Assembly (NCBI GenBank): GCA_965116685.1
Contig: OZ220707.1
Coordinates: 1,570,625-1,634,624 of the forward strand
Direction: 5' to 3'
Origin: Rhodothermales bacterium
Lineage (GTDB): Bacteria; Bacteroidota; Rhodothermia; Rhodothermales; Bin80
DNA length: 64,000 nt
The notes beneath the pieces were generated by a model. It saw only the letters and a program-made list of their open reading frames with translations, made no database searches and had not been told where the DNA came from. Position 1 is the stretch's first letter. Every line of letters begins with the position of its first letter. Positions 1 through 9,871 of this stretch are shown here, piece after piece. The position numbers and the translations under genes were made by a program.

Positions 1-254
1 TTGGGCGCGAATGAGAAGGCGATTCGGTAAGGGCATACCCATGCTGCCATTGTCAGTGATACGAAGCGTAGCGTAGTGCTTAACGTTGGCGAAAGTCGGG
101 ACAAAGTGAGTACAAAAATCCCTTTTAAACCGTTGCCAAGGGGATAAAAAAGCAAATATAAAGACGTTGGTCACAGCAATGAATCTGTTCAGCATGGAAT
201 TGTTAAGAAAAAACCGTATATTGTAGCGTGTAACGTTATAGATAACATCTTCTC

Positions 255-3200
255 ATGAAAAATACTGTTGATCCAAAACTAGAAGTGGCACGAATAATCC
301 GCCAGAACATCAACTCACGTGAAATGTCGGTCACGGAGGCAGCCAAGAGTTTGGGCGTAAGTCGCCCTACTCTCTCTAAGCTACTCAACGGTCGGGCAGC
401 ACTTTCGCCAAAAATGGCCATGCGGATCCAAGAAACATTTGGAGAAAGTATGGAAAAACTTCTCACCATACAGGCAAGTGCAGTGTCAAAAAGCGAGAAT
501 CTCGATCATCCTATCGTCCCAGTCGTCCGTAATGTTCCTGCTTTCCCCACCATTAAAGCCAGAGACATCGAAAGATGGGGAATAACTAAGATTGATGCAC
601 GGCATTTACTGCCGGTATTGGTGCGACGTTTAATACACGAAACCGGTCGTGAACTGCAGAAGCTGGATTTTCCAGGATACGATAATGCCCAACGACATGG
701 TTTTGATGGCCAAGTCTTAGCTGGTGTGGAAACACTGAACGTTCCAGCGGGACAATCGGTATGGGAATTAAGCGTTGAAGGAGACCCGAAGAGGAAGGCT
801 GAAAGTGACTACACAGCCCGAGTGAACAGTCTTTCCCCGACTGACCGAGCTGAAACTACATTTGTGTTTGTTACGCCGCATAATTGGAGAAAGAAGGACG
901 AATGGGTTAAGGACAAGAATAGCCTGGATAAGTGGAAAGAGGTGCGCGCATACGATGCATCTGATCTGGAGCAGTGGCTGGAAACCACGTTCGCTTTGCG
1001 GGTTTGGCTGGCCGAAAGATTAGGGATCTCTACGCGTGGAATTCGCAGTCTTGAAGCCTGTTGGAATGAGTGGGCAGCGGCCAGCGATCCACAAATGACC
1101 CCTGCAATTTTTGCTCCCTCTATCTGTAACTATAAGAAAAAAATCCTGGACTGGCTTGGGGCGTCACCAGACCGCCCCTTCACCATAGCAGCTGATTCTC
1201 GTTTAGAATCTACCGCTTTCATTGCGTGCCTGTTACGGGAGGAAGATGTTCTTGCCAGCATCTCTGGTAGCGCACTGGTGTTTGAATCCGTGGACGCATT
1301 GGAGTCACTGGCCAAGTTAACAGATCCAATAATCGCGATTGTTCGTAACGAAGAGGTTGAGCACAGGATCGCTGACGCATTCAGAAGACATTATTGCATC
1401 GTAGTACGCCCGCGAAACACCAGTGGCGAACAGCCGGATATTGTTATTGATCCTTTGGGACGCGAATCATTCGAGAAGGCACTCTCGGATATGGGACTCG
1501 AAAGGCACCATTTTGACGTACTCGCCAAGAAATCAGGTTTATCGCCGACTGTTCTGCGACGTCGACTTTCCAAAGTGCCTGGAATCAAAACGCCGCCATG
1601 GGCTAAAGATCCCGTAACTGCTCAAAAACTGATTCCAATGGCACTCGTCGGTATGTGGGATACCGGGCTTGATGCCGATCAAAAAATCCTAGCACACCTC
1701 GCGGCGAGTTCATTCAATGACGTAGAACGTGCTGTTGCTGAACTGCATCAAATTGAAGATAGCCCCATCTGGTGCATTGGTAAATACCGCGGAGTAACAT
1801 CCAAGATTGATGCGATTTTCGCTATCAACCTACTCATTACGGAAGAGGATCTGACGAAGTTTATTACGATGGCCAAGAATGTGCTTTCGAAGTCCAATCC
1901 AGCAACTGAACTTCTGGAAAATGAAGAGGGGTCACCCGATATTTTCAGAAGTATGGGTGATCCCTCTGATATGCTCAGAAACGGCATTCGCGATACGCTG
2001 GTTTTCCTGTCCATTTATGGAAAGGATCTTTTTTTGAGTCGGTTGGGCATTAACATGAAGGATCGAGTTTCCGCTCTTGTCAAGCATTTACTGACATCCC
2101 CCTCAGGTGAAATACTGAAGTCATACAATCATGACCTTCCCGATTTTGCAGATACCGCCCCAGGTGTGTTTCTCGACATTCTTCAAGGGGATTTGCAACA
2201 GACAAATCTCTCCCTACGATCACTACTTCAGCCCATTGGTAGTAACATATTCTCCAGCCCTCCGCGGACTGGCATTTTATGGGCGCTTGAGCGTTTGGCC
2301 TGGCATAAAGAGTACCTAGAGGTCGTTGTAGATATTCTCGCCGAACTCTCTCGTACGAGAATTGATGATAACTGGGTGAATACACCGATAAGGAGCCTTG
2401 CTGCGATTTTTCACTCATGGCTACCCCAGACGGCTGTATCTGTTAAGGATAGGATTGATAGGTTGAAATGGCTCTGTAACCACCATTCCGATATTGGTTG
2501 GCAAATCTGTGTCCGTCAGATTAACAGCAGTAATCGAATCGGTGAATACAGTGCCCGTTCGCGCTGGCATGCTATTGGATCCATGACACCCGTAAGCCGA
2601 AGTGAGCGCTTGGAATTCGAACGTACGGCCCTGGATATGATCATTAATTGGCCCAGCCACAGTGTGAAGACAATTGGCGACCTCCTACCATGCCTACCAT
2701 GGATGAATGAGGAGGACCAGATACAGGTGTTAGATTGCGCGAAAAAATGGGCACTTGCGGAATCGAACGAAAATGCTACATCTGAAATACGTGAGAAAAT
2801 TGGTGATATTTTATTCACTATCGCCGGCCCTCCTCCATGGCTTCGTGCAAAAGCACTCGCCCAAGCGCGGGTAATCCTTAAGAAGCTAATCCCAAACGAT
2901 CCGTTCGAACGCTATGCTCTTCTCTTCCGAGATCTGAAGAGCTATTTTCCTATAGCCAATGCAGAAGACCCCAATCTTACCAGGGCTGACTGGCGTAGAC
3001 AAATATATACGGTTCGCAAGGAGGCAATTGCTGAGATTTGGTCTTCGAAAGGAATCAACGGTGTGTTGATACTTCTATCCAAGAACACGACAGGGGGCAC
3101 ATTGGGACGTGCTTCTTCACAAGTATTGCATCCCCAACAGGCGGTAGAGGCTATTCGTACCTGCCTATCAACTGAAGTAGTCTCCAACGAGAAAATTGAT

Positions 3201-4331
3201 GGCTTCTTGCAAGGCTTCTTTGAAACACTTGATGATAACGTGTGTGCTGAAGTTCTGTCGTCCCTATTGAATAATGGTGCTGAGGAAGATGTCGTGCGTG
3301 TTCTTCGTTTTGTACCATTTAGAGTTCAGATATGGCAATTGCTGGATCAAATGTCGGAGCACATCCGTGACCAATGGTGGAGAAAAGCTGCGATACCCCT
3401 TGAAGAGTATTCTGCGGCTGAAGCCGGTATACTAGTTGATAACCTACTGAGGGTAGGACGGGAGTGGGATGCTTTCTCTGCACTGCGTGCTAATTATGAC
3501 AAAGTGAGGACATGCCATCTGAAACGGCTGTTGCAAGGTATTACTGAGAAGCATCACGACTTGACTTATTTCCCCTCTGGTGAGACCTCGTACTATATGT
3601 CCAAAGCCATTGACTCCCTCGGCAAACGCTCTGGTGTTTCAGTGGATGAAATGGCCCAGTTGGAGTTCGCGTTAATTGGCTGGTTGGATCCTATAGAATG
3701 CAGGATTCCATACCTCGAAAAGCAGTTTGCAGAGTCTCCCTCTGTCTTTGTTGATTATCTGTTGCTTTTCACAAAGTGCGGGACGGGTGATCGGGTATTA
3801 AAGGAATGGCATGTAGAGGATGAAAACCAGCAACAAATTCTAAAACTGCGTGCCTTTAAACTGTTTCAGGCGCTTGACCGACTGCCAGGTCAGAACGATC
3901 AAGGAGAGATCAGTCCAGATGTCCTGATCCGCTGGATTTTCGAAGTTCGGGATCTCGCTTCGGTACATGGATGCATCGAATTATGTGACGAGCAGCTCGG
4001 CCAATGGTTATCTAGGACTCCGGCAAAGAGGAAAGATGTTCAATGGCCTAGTCAGGCGGTCTGTGAAATACTGGAAAGTATTCGTACCGACGAAATTGCT
4101 TTAGGGTTTAGAATGGGCGTGCTCAATGCGAGAGGAACTACAGTACGATCTCCATATGAAGGCGGTGGACAAGAGCGAAATCTCGTAGATAAGTACAGGC
4201 ATTGGGCTAAAGCATGTGGGGTAGAGTTTTCATTTGTGAGCAAAATCCTTAATGATATTGCAGAGCGATACGAAAGTGAGGCAACATGGGAAGATCAGCA
4301 AGCAGGGGTTAGAAGGTATCGTGATTTATAA
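255..4331 (+). CDS. Large multidomain protein: HigA/XRE-type HTH + restriction-endonuclease-like domain + degenerate NTPase-like region + helical repeats (candidate defence protein)
   Basis: 1358-aa ORF. The N-terminal SVTEAAKSLGVSRPTLSKLLNGRAALSPKMAMRI is a classic HigA-type HTH. GFDG...VWELS...KAESDY resembles a PD-(D/E)xK-type core. There is no intact Walker A (FTIAADSRLES). The long C-terminal half looks helical. Confidence 0.7.
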   Translation: MKNTVDPKLEVARIIRQNINSREMSVTEAAKSLGVSRPTLSKLLNGRAALSPKMAMRIQETFGESMEKLLTIQASAVSKSENLDHPIVPVVRNVPAFPTIKARDIERWGITKIDARHLLPVLVRRLIHETGRELQKLDFPGYDNAQRHGFDGQVLAGVETLNVPAGQSVWELSVEGDPKRKAESDYTARVNSLSPTDRAETTFVFVTPHNWRKKDEWVKDKNSLDKWKEVRAYDASDLEQWLETTFALRVWLAERLGISTRGIRSLEACWNEWAAASDPQMTPAIFAPSICNYKKKILDWLGASPDRPFTIAADSRLESTAFIACLLREEDVLASISGSALVFESVDALESLAKLTDPIIAIVRNEEVEHRIADAFRRHYCIVVRPRNTSGEQPDIVIDPLGRESFEKALSDMGLERHHFDVLAKKSGLSPTVLRRRLSKVPGIKTPPWAKDPVTAQKLIPMALVGMWDTGLDADQKILAHLAASSFNDVERAVAELHQIEDSPIWCIGKYRGVTSKIDAIFAINLLITEEDLTKFITMAKNVLSKSNPATELLENEEGSPDIFRSMGDPSDMLRNGIRDTLVFLSIYGKDLFLSRLGINMKDRVSALVKHLLTSPSGEILKSYNHDLPDFADTAPGVFLDILQGDLQQTNLSLRSLLQPIGSNIFSSPPRTGILWALERLAWHKEYLEVVVDILAELSRTRIDDNWVNTPIRSLAAIFHSWLPQTAVSVKDRIDRLKWLCNHHSDIGWQICVRQINSSNRIGEYSARSRWHAIGSMTPVSRSERLEFERTALDMIINWPSHSVKTIGDLLPCLPWMNEEDQIQVLDCAKKWALAESNENATSEIREKIGDILFTIAGPPPWLRAKALAQARVILKKLIPNDPFERYALLFRDLKSYFPIANAEDPNLTRADWRRQIYTVRKEAIAEIWSSKGINGVLILLSKNTTGGTLGRASSQVLHPQQAVEAIRTCLSTEVVSNEKIDGFLQGFFETLDDNVCAEVLSSLLNNGAEEDVVRVLRFVPFRVQIWQLLDQMSEHIRDQWWRKAAIPLEEYSAAEAGILVDNLLRVGREWDAFSALRANYDKVRTCHLKRLLQGITEKHHDLTYFPSGETSYYMSKAIDSLGKRSGVSVDEMAQLEFALIGWLDPIECRIPYLEKQFAESPSVFVDYLLLFTKCGTGDRVLKEWHVEDENQQQILKLRAFKLFQALDRLPGQNDQGEISPDVLIRWIFEVRDLASVHGCIELCDEQLGQWLSRTPAKRKDVQWPSQAVCEILESIRTDEIALGFRMGVLNARGTTVRSPYEGGGQERNLVDKYRHWAKACGVEFSFVSKILNDIAERYESEATWEDQQAGVRRYRDL

Positions 4332-4522
4332 CTCGGTGAGGAGTACTTCGGTGGGACGCGTAACGCTGAATGATATTCACATTGGTTACATGCTCGTACT
4401 CACAATCACGTTTGGATTTAATCAAAATTTATTATCAGACCCGAGCCTGCTTGTTCAACAAACGTGCAAATGGAGCACCGCGCCGACCCCTTGATTCTAC
4501 ATCCCCAAATTATACTTATCAA

Positions 4523-7500
4523 ATGTTTAAATACCCCCTTCAAGATAGATTATTTGAGGCTCTCAGTAAGCATGACAAATCTCTTGGTGAGCATGAAAAA
4601 CCTCTTAGTGATATGTATCGCGGCGGCTTGCATGTATTCGGCGATAGCGCGAATCCAGATCGGATTGCCCAATCGGCACATAGCTTTAGAGAGTTAATAG
4701 AGAAGGCCCCAGAATACATCAATGTGCCGCAGGAAGTGAAGGAGCAAAGGGCAGGCTACTCATTGAAGCCAGAAGTGGTCGATATCAAGAGCGCTTGGGC
4801 GAAGGTGCAAGAAAGATCAGGCTGCTATAACTCAAATTCGAGCTGGTCAGGTGAGATAGATCCTCCGCTGACTAATTTCTTAAAGTGCCTCTGCCAATTC
4901 TTCAAGAAATTTGAAGAAAATCGACTTACGAAGAAGCAAGTCTTTACTGAATTTCGTCAGGGAACGGATCTGTCACCCGAGGCACTACCCAATATCATAG
5001 AGCGCTTGATATATAGAGAATGGGGTAAGCTATACAGAACGTTTACGAAAATATGTCATCACCGACATTCTCCTGAGCCCCCAGAATTTGAGCAATATAT
5101 TGAGCAACTTGAACGGATACTAATTGCAGTTTTAGTTCCTCAGACCGTATCAGATCACGAAGCGATTAAGCAGGAAATTACCATTCTGGAAAAGACGACG
5201 ATCAAGCACGGGGATGTAAAGTGCCTGCTACGCAATCACATAAAGCGTACAGCAGACTTTGTTTATTTCTACGAAAACATTAGCTCGCCTGACTGGATTG
5301 ATCCCTTATTTGAGGAAAAAGCCTTCAGCAAGCTGCCCGAACCAGTAGAAGAGGGGGATTTCGTTAAATATCCTCGCTGGCCCGAAGGCCAGTATTTGCT
5401 CCAGATGGCACGGTCAGCCACTGACCAAGCAACTCAAGAATTAATAGCAGAAATAATTGCGAGTATCTCTGACTCCAAGAACCAGCACGCAGAATCTGTG
5501 CGGGTACAAGTGGCAACTGCTTTGCCGCCAAAAATGGCACTTCGATTCGTAAAGAAATTGCAGAAGCGCCTTCCCGAAGAAGAATATATCACTCTGGCAT
5601 GGGCACACGCGATCATTAACCTTGCACTACACATTACAAAGGCGGGTCATGTCATCCCCGCTTTAGATCTCTTGAAATCCCTGCTAAAGGTATTGCCGGA
5701 TCCAAGGCCAAAGGAAGAGATGCCATTGGGAATACCTGAGACGAAGGTAGCGATTGACAGATGGCGGTATGCACAGCTGATTGAAGAAGATCTGCCAGCC
5801 TTTGTAGAAGCGTGCGGTCCGTTTGAGGTACTGAAGATTGTATTGTGTCCACTCTTGGATCAGGCAGTTAAATTAAATATGGTCGACTCCGACGAGCAGT
5901 CAGATTCCTCCATAGTTTGGCGATCGGATATACAGGAACCTGAGATATATGATAGTTCTCCTCATCAGCTATTAACCACGGCTGTTATAAATACAGCCGT
6001 TCAGGCTGTTGGAAACAGTCCTCAATGCATACGTAAACTCGTTTTGTTTCTGGAGGAGTATGCTTCCCGTAGACCAATTTTCGCTAGAATAGTGCTTCAT
6101 TTACTGTCTCAAGATCCTGGAGAGAGTCAAGATCTGATTACTGATAAACTTACGTCTCAACACAGTATAAATAATGTGCATCTTTGGGCTGAATATGCAA
6201 ATCTGCTAAAACAGCAGTTTCCAAACCTTTCTGCGGAACAGCAAAATAAAATCGTCAAAAGCATTTTGGCGGGCCCCCAACTGGAAGGAGTAACTCCTCA
6301 AAGGCAAGGGACTATGAATGATAATGATGGATGGATTCTAACAAGACTTCATCTGATCTCGGATCACTTGTCACGTGATGCGTCCAAGCAGTATCGTTCA
6401 CTACTATCAAATTATCCCGACCCAAAATCACTGCTTTCGAGTTTGCCACCAATTAGGATAAAGTCGTGGATAGGTCCGACAAGTCCTTTGAGTGATGACG
6501 AGATGGCCGAACGAAGCCCCCTAGAGATGGTTAAGTTTTTGAGGGAGGAGTGGTCGCCGACAGGGAATTGGGATGCACCAACTCCTGAAGGCCTAAGCAG
6601 AATATTGGCCATTACCGTTGAGAAAAATGCTGCAAGTTACGCGAATGAGGCAAATGCTTTCTCTGATCTTGAGCCAACATATATCAAGGCATTATTCTAC
6701 GGATTAACAGAGACGGGCCAAAAATTCCCGTGGGAGCCTGTTTTGCAACTTTGTAAGTGGGTCGTAGATCAGCCAAGGGATTACGATTATGCGGATCAGC
6801 ATGTGACAGATGGACAAGCATTCGATCGGGATCCTGATTGGGGGTGGACGCGAAAGAGTATAGCTCATTTATTGAAGAAGGGACTTAGGAATGGCCTGAC
6901 ACAAATACCGTATGATTATCAAGAAGAGGTCTGGTACATCTGCGAAAAATTACTCTGTGATCCAGATCCTACGCTGGAATACGAACAACAGTATGGTGAG
7001 CCCTACTTTGATTTTACGAACATGGCCATCAATACGGTTCGTGGAACAACCATGCATGTCGTTATGGCATTTATAGAATGGAGTTCCGTACACCCACGTA
7101 AAGGAGTTGATCCCAAAAGCGAGCGGCGCGTACTAAGCCTGTTGCCTGAGGTACGGCAGGTGCTTAACACGCATCTATCGGTTGAGTTTGATCCATCACT
7201 AGCGATACGTGCGGTTTATGGTGAATGGTTTATTCGCCTTTATCAAGTCGACAAGGGGTGGGCAAGCGGCGTTGTACCTATCTTGTTTCCTCTCGAAAAA
7301 GATGAAGAGTATTTTCTGGCAGCATGGTGTTCCTATTGCTTAGTGCCAAAAGTTGACATTGAGCTATTTGAGTTGCTTAGGGATCAATACGAGCATGCAA
7401 TTGCATTGCTAAAGCGTATGCACAGACATCGTATGGGATGGGAAGATCGAATGGGGGCGCACTTGGCAAGATTATTTGCGATGGAAGAGGAAGTTTCTTC

Positions 7501-8053
7501 AGTTCAAGAGACAATTGATAAGTTTTTTGAATTTGCAGATGACCGTTTGCGGAGCAATATGGTCAGGCGCATGACAGGTGGATTTGAGGCTCACGAGGAA
7601 AAAAAACCTACGTCAAATGTCGAACGAATAAAACGCTTTTGGGACCAACGTCTTACTGCACTTGAAATGAGGGATTCGTCAAGCGACAGCCAGCTTGAGT
7701 TGGAGGCATATGGGAATTGGTTTCAACTGGATAGCTTGTACCCCGAGTGGGCACTTAAACAGCTTTTGCGGACACTGAAGTTGGCGAAGAATGTGATGGA
7801 TTGGCCCGGTGTCTGTGGGAAGCTTGCGGATTTGAGTCAGGATTATCCACGGGAGACGACGGAGTGTGTCAGATGCTTGGCAGAGGGGGGGAATAGGCGG
7901 CTTCTAGCAAGGACAGACAATTGTGGAATTGTACTGTCCCGGGTAATGAATTCCGGCAATGAAGAGGCAATAAAATCAGTAAGAGAAGTCGTTGACTTCT
8001 TAGTAGCGAAAGGATTCTCTGACTACAGGTCGGTAATTGATAGCTCGGAGTAG
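4523..8053 (+). CDS. Large protein with N-terminal HEPN-like domain and long ARM/HEAT-like helical region (candidate defence protein)
   Basis: The ORF track starts at 4370, but ATG 4523 (MFKYPLQD) is the likelier start. NPDRIAQSAHSFRELIEK...FTKICHHRH resembles HEPN-like nuclease motifs. The MAINTVRG-type helical repeat region resembles that of large sensor-effector proteins. Confidence 0.6.
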   Translation: MFKYPLQDRLFEALSKHDKSLGEHEKPLSDMYRGGLHVFGDSANPDRIAQSAHSFRELIEKAPEYINVPQEVKEQRAGYSLKPEVVDIKSAWAKVQERSGCYNSNSSWSGEIDPPLTNFLKCLCQFFKKFEENRLTKKQVFTEFRQGTDLSPEALPNIIERLIYREWGKLYRTFTKICHHRHSPEPPEFEQYIEQLERILIAVLVPQTVSDHEAIKQEITILEKTTIKHGDVKCLLRNHIKRTADFVYFYENISSPDWIDPLFEEKAFSKLPEPVEEGDFVKYPRWPEGQYLLQMARSATDQATQELIAEIIASISDSKNQHAESVRVQVATALPPKMALRFVKKLQKRLPEEEYITLAWAHAIINLALHITKAGHVIPALDLLKSLLKVLPDPRPKEEMPLGIPETKVAIDRWRYAQLIEEDLPAFVEACGPFEVLKIVLCPLLDQAVKLNMVDSDEQSDSSIVWRSDIQEPEIYDSSPHQLLTTAVINTAVQAVGNSPQCIRKLVLFLEEYASRRPIFARIVLHLLSQDPGESQDLITDKLTSQHSINNVHLWAEYANLLKQQFPNLSAEQQNKIVKSILAGPQLEGVTPQRQGTMNDNDGWILTRLHLISDHLSRDASKQYRSLLSNYPDPKSLLSSLPPIRIKSWIGPTSPLSDDEMAERSPLEMVKFLREEWSPTGNWDAPTPEGLSRILAITVEKNAASYANEANAFSDLEPTYIKALFYGLTETGQKFPWEPVLQLCKWVVDQPRDYDYADQHVTDGQAFDRDPDWGWTRKSIAHLLKKGLRNGLTQIPYDYQEEVWYICEKLLCDPDPTLEYEQQYGEPYFDFTNMAINTVRGTTMHVVMAFIEWSSVHPRKGVDPKSERRVLSLLPEVRQVLNTHLSVEFDPSLAIRAVYGEWFIRLYQVDKGWASGVVPILFPLEKDEEYFLAAWCSYCLVPKVDIELFELLRDQYEHAIALLKRMHRHRMGWEDRMGAHLARLFAMEEEVSSVQETIDKFFEFADDRLRSNMVRRMTGGFEAHEEKKPTSNVERIKRFWDQRLTALEMRDSSSDSQLELEAYGNWFQLDSLYPEWALKQLLRTLKLAKNVMDWPGVCGKLADLSQDYPRETTECVRCLAEGGNRRLLARTDNCGIVLSRVMNSGNEEAIKSVREVVDFLVAKGFSDYRSVIDSSE

Positions 8054-8629
8054 TAAGACTGCAAGGCGATTATGAGCACATCCCCTCACGTTCAGTATCC
8101 GCCCAGAAAGATTAGGTGTTCAGTGAAATAGAACAGCGCATACCAGATCCTGTAGTCGCCGTTTCCTCGCCCCATGTCTATCTTAAGAAAAGGGGAAGCC
8201 AAAAAAATCGTACATATCGCCTGTAAAGGGAACCTATCATCCATACCAGTGGGTCCGAAGTTCTGGCAATGCCGCAATACGGTAGAGCAAAGAAAATCCA
8301 GAAGCACTTTGCCTACCAGCCAGCCTTCAATCTGTGAAAAGGATCATTGAGGGATATGTGCACCAGCCAGTTGATCAGGCCACAATGTCCAGTTGAGCAA
8401 GGGCGTCAATCCAATAGCTCAGTGGGAATCCCTATTCAAGATGATTATTTGAATGTGGATACGAGATCACATGTTGATGTTTTTGGATACGCCGCCGCCC
8501 ACGACACAGTAGAGATACTTCGGATTTATTCATAGCAAAAGGGATGAATTCAGAATTTTTACACAACAATTACGTAGTCAACGATATTGTTGTGTATATT
8601 AGATGAAACATTTAGATTTTGAATATCCT

Positions 8630-9871
8630 ATGAAATCATCTACTGGTCGCTGGGTAATCGGCGAAAATTTCTTTGACCGAGAAACCGACTTGAACATCCT
8701 GAAAAATCTTATTTAGGATCGCAATCATGTATTGCTGACGGGACAAAGATGCATGGGCAAAACCAGTCTCATGCAGGAACTTGGCCGACAACTTCAGGAT
8801 GACGGTTGGACTTTTTTGTTCTGTGATGTAGAGGGGGCAAAATGCCCAGAAGATGTGATTGCAGAGATGGCATACTCGGCGCACACAGTCCAGTCACTCA
8901 TCAGACGCTTCATTGGCGGGATGGACCGACGGGTAAGAAGGAGGATTGAAGAGTTTAGTGTGGGCACTTTTCGCATCAAAATTCGCGCGGAGATTGACGC
9001 TGGCAACTGGAAACGTCATGGCAAAAACCTACTTCAGGCTTGCGCAAGGAATAGGAAACCGGTACTCTTAGTCATTGACGAGTTGCCAATCTTCCTGAAA
9101 CGAATGCTGGACCGTGATCAAGACCCCAGAAGAGTGGATGAGTTCTTAAGTTGGTTACGAGGAGCATTCCAGCAACTTAGCCAAGACGGACCGGTCCTAA
9201 TTGTGTCTGGTAGTATTGGCCTGGAACCATTTGTGAGCAGATTGAAAATTCCTGATCGAATAAATTACCTCTACTCTTATCGACTCAAACCCTGGAATCG
9301 GAGCACCTGCATCAGGTGTTTCGAGCGCCTTGCCAATTCCTCTGGGGTATCCATTGAAAATGGTGTGGCGGAAGCTGTCTACGGAGCGTTGGGTATCGGG
9401 ATTCCTCACCACATCCAATCTTTTTTTCGCCGCCTAAACGATTTTGCCATAAGGCATCAACTGGATCAGGTAACGGTGGAACATGTCAATCTTGTGTATC
9501 GCACTGAACTTCTTGGTCCTGCAGGGCGGATTGACCTCGGCCACTACAGGTCACGGCTCAAAGATGCATTGACTGAAGAAAGCTATGCTATTGCCGAGAC
9601 AATTCTTGCGGAAGCTGCGATCCAAGGCGTGTTCACATCAGAAGCCCGAACAATCCTTGAAGTGGAATATGGACGAATTCTAAAGAATGCACAGGAGCAT
9701 ATTGCTGAGGTGCTTGATGTACTCATACATGACGGATATCTCGTCCTTAAAGATGATAAGTATCGTTTCTATTTTCGGTTGCTAAAGGACTGGTGGGCGG
9801 CAAGTTTCAAGGAAAACTATATCCCCCTCAGCGAGCGACAAAATTGGGACAAATTCAGGAAACCCAAATAA
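8630..9871 (+). pseudogene. AAA/STAND-like ATPase with an in-frame TAG at codon 29
   Basis: ATG 8630 reads MKSSTGRWVIGENFFDRETDLNILKNLI*DRNHVLLTGQRCMGKTS, with TAG at 8714-8716. Walker A GQRCMGKTS and Walker B LLVIDE are intact downstream. The stop overlaps the next start (TAATG). Confidence 0.75.

Noticed and set aside
1-235. Possible island boundary, att site or tRNA at the window start
   Set aside because: No tRNA fold, integrase ORF or partner repeat is visible within the window.
8347-8535. Short ORF ending YAAAHDTVEILRIYS, like a RelE/ParE toxin tail that might pair with the HigA-like domain
   Set aside because: Similarity is limited to ~15 residues, with no good start; too weak to call.
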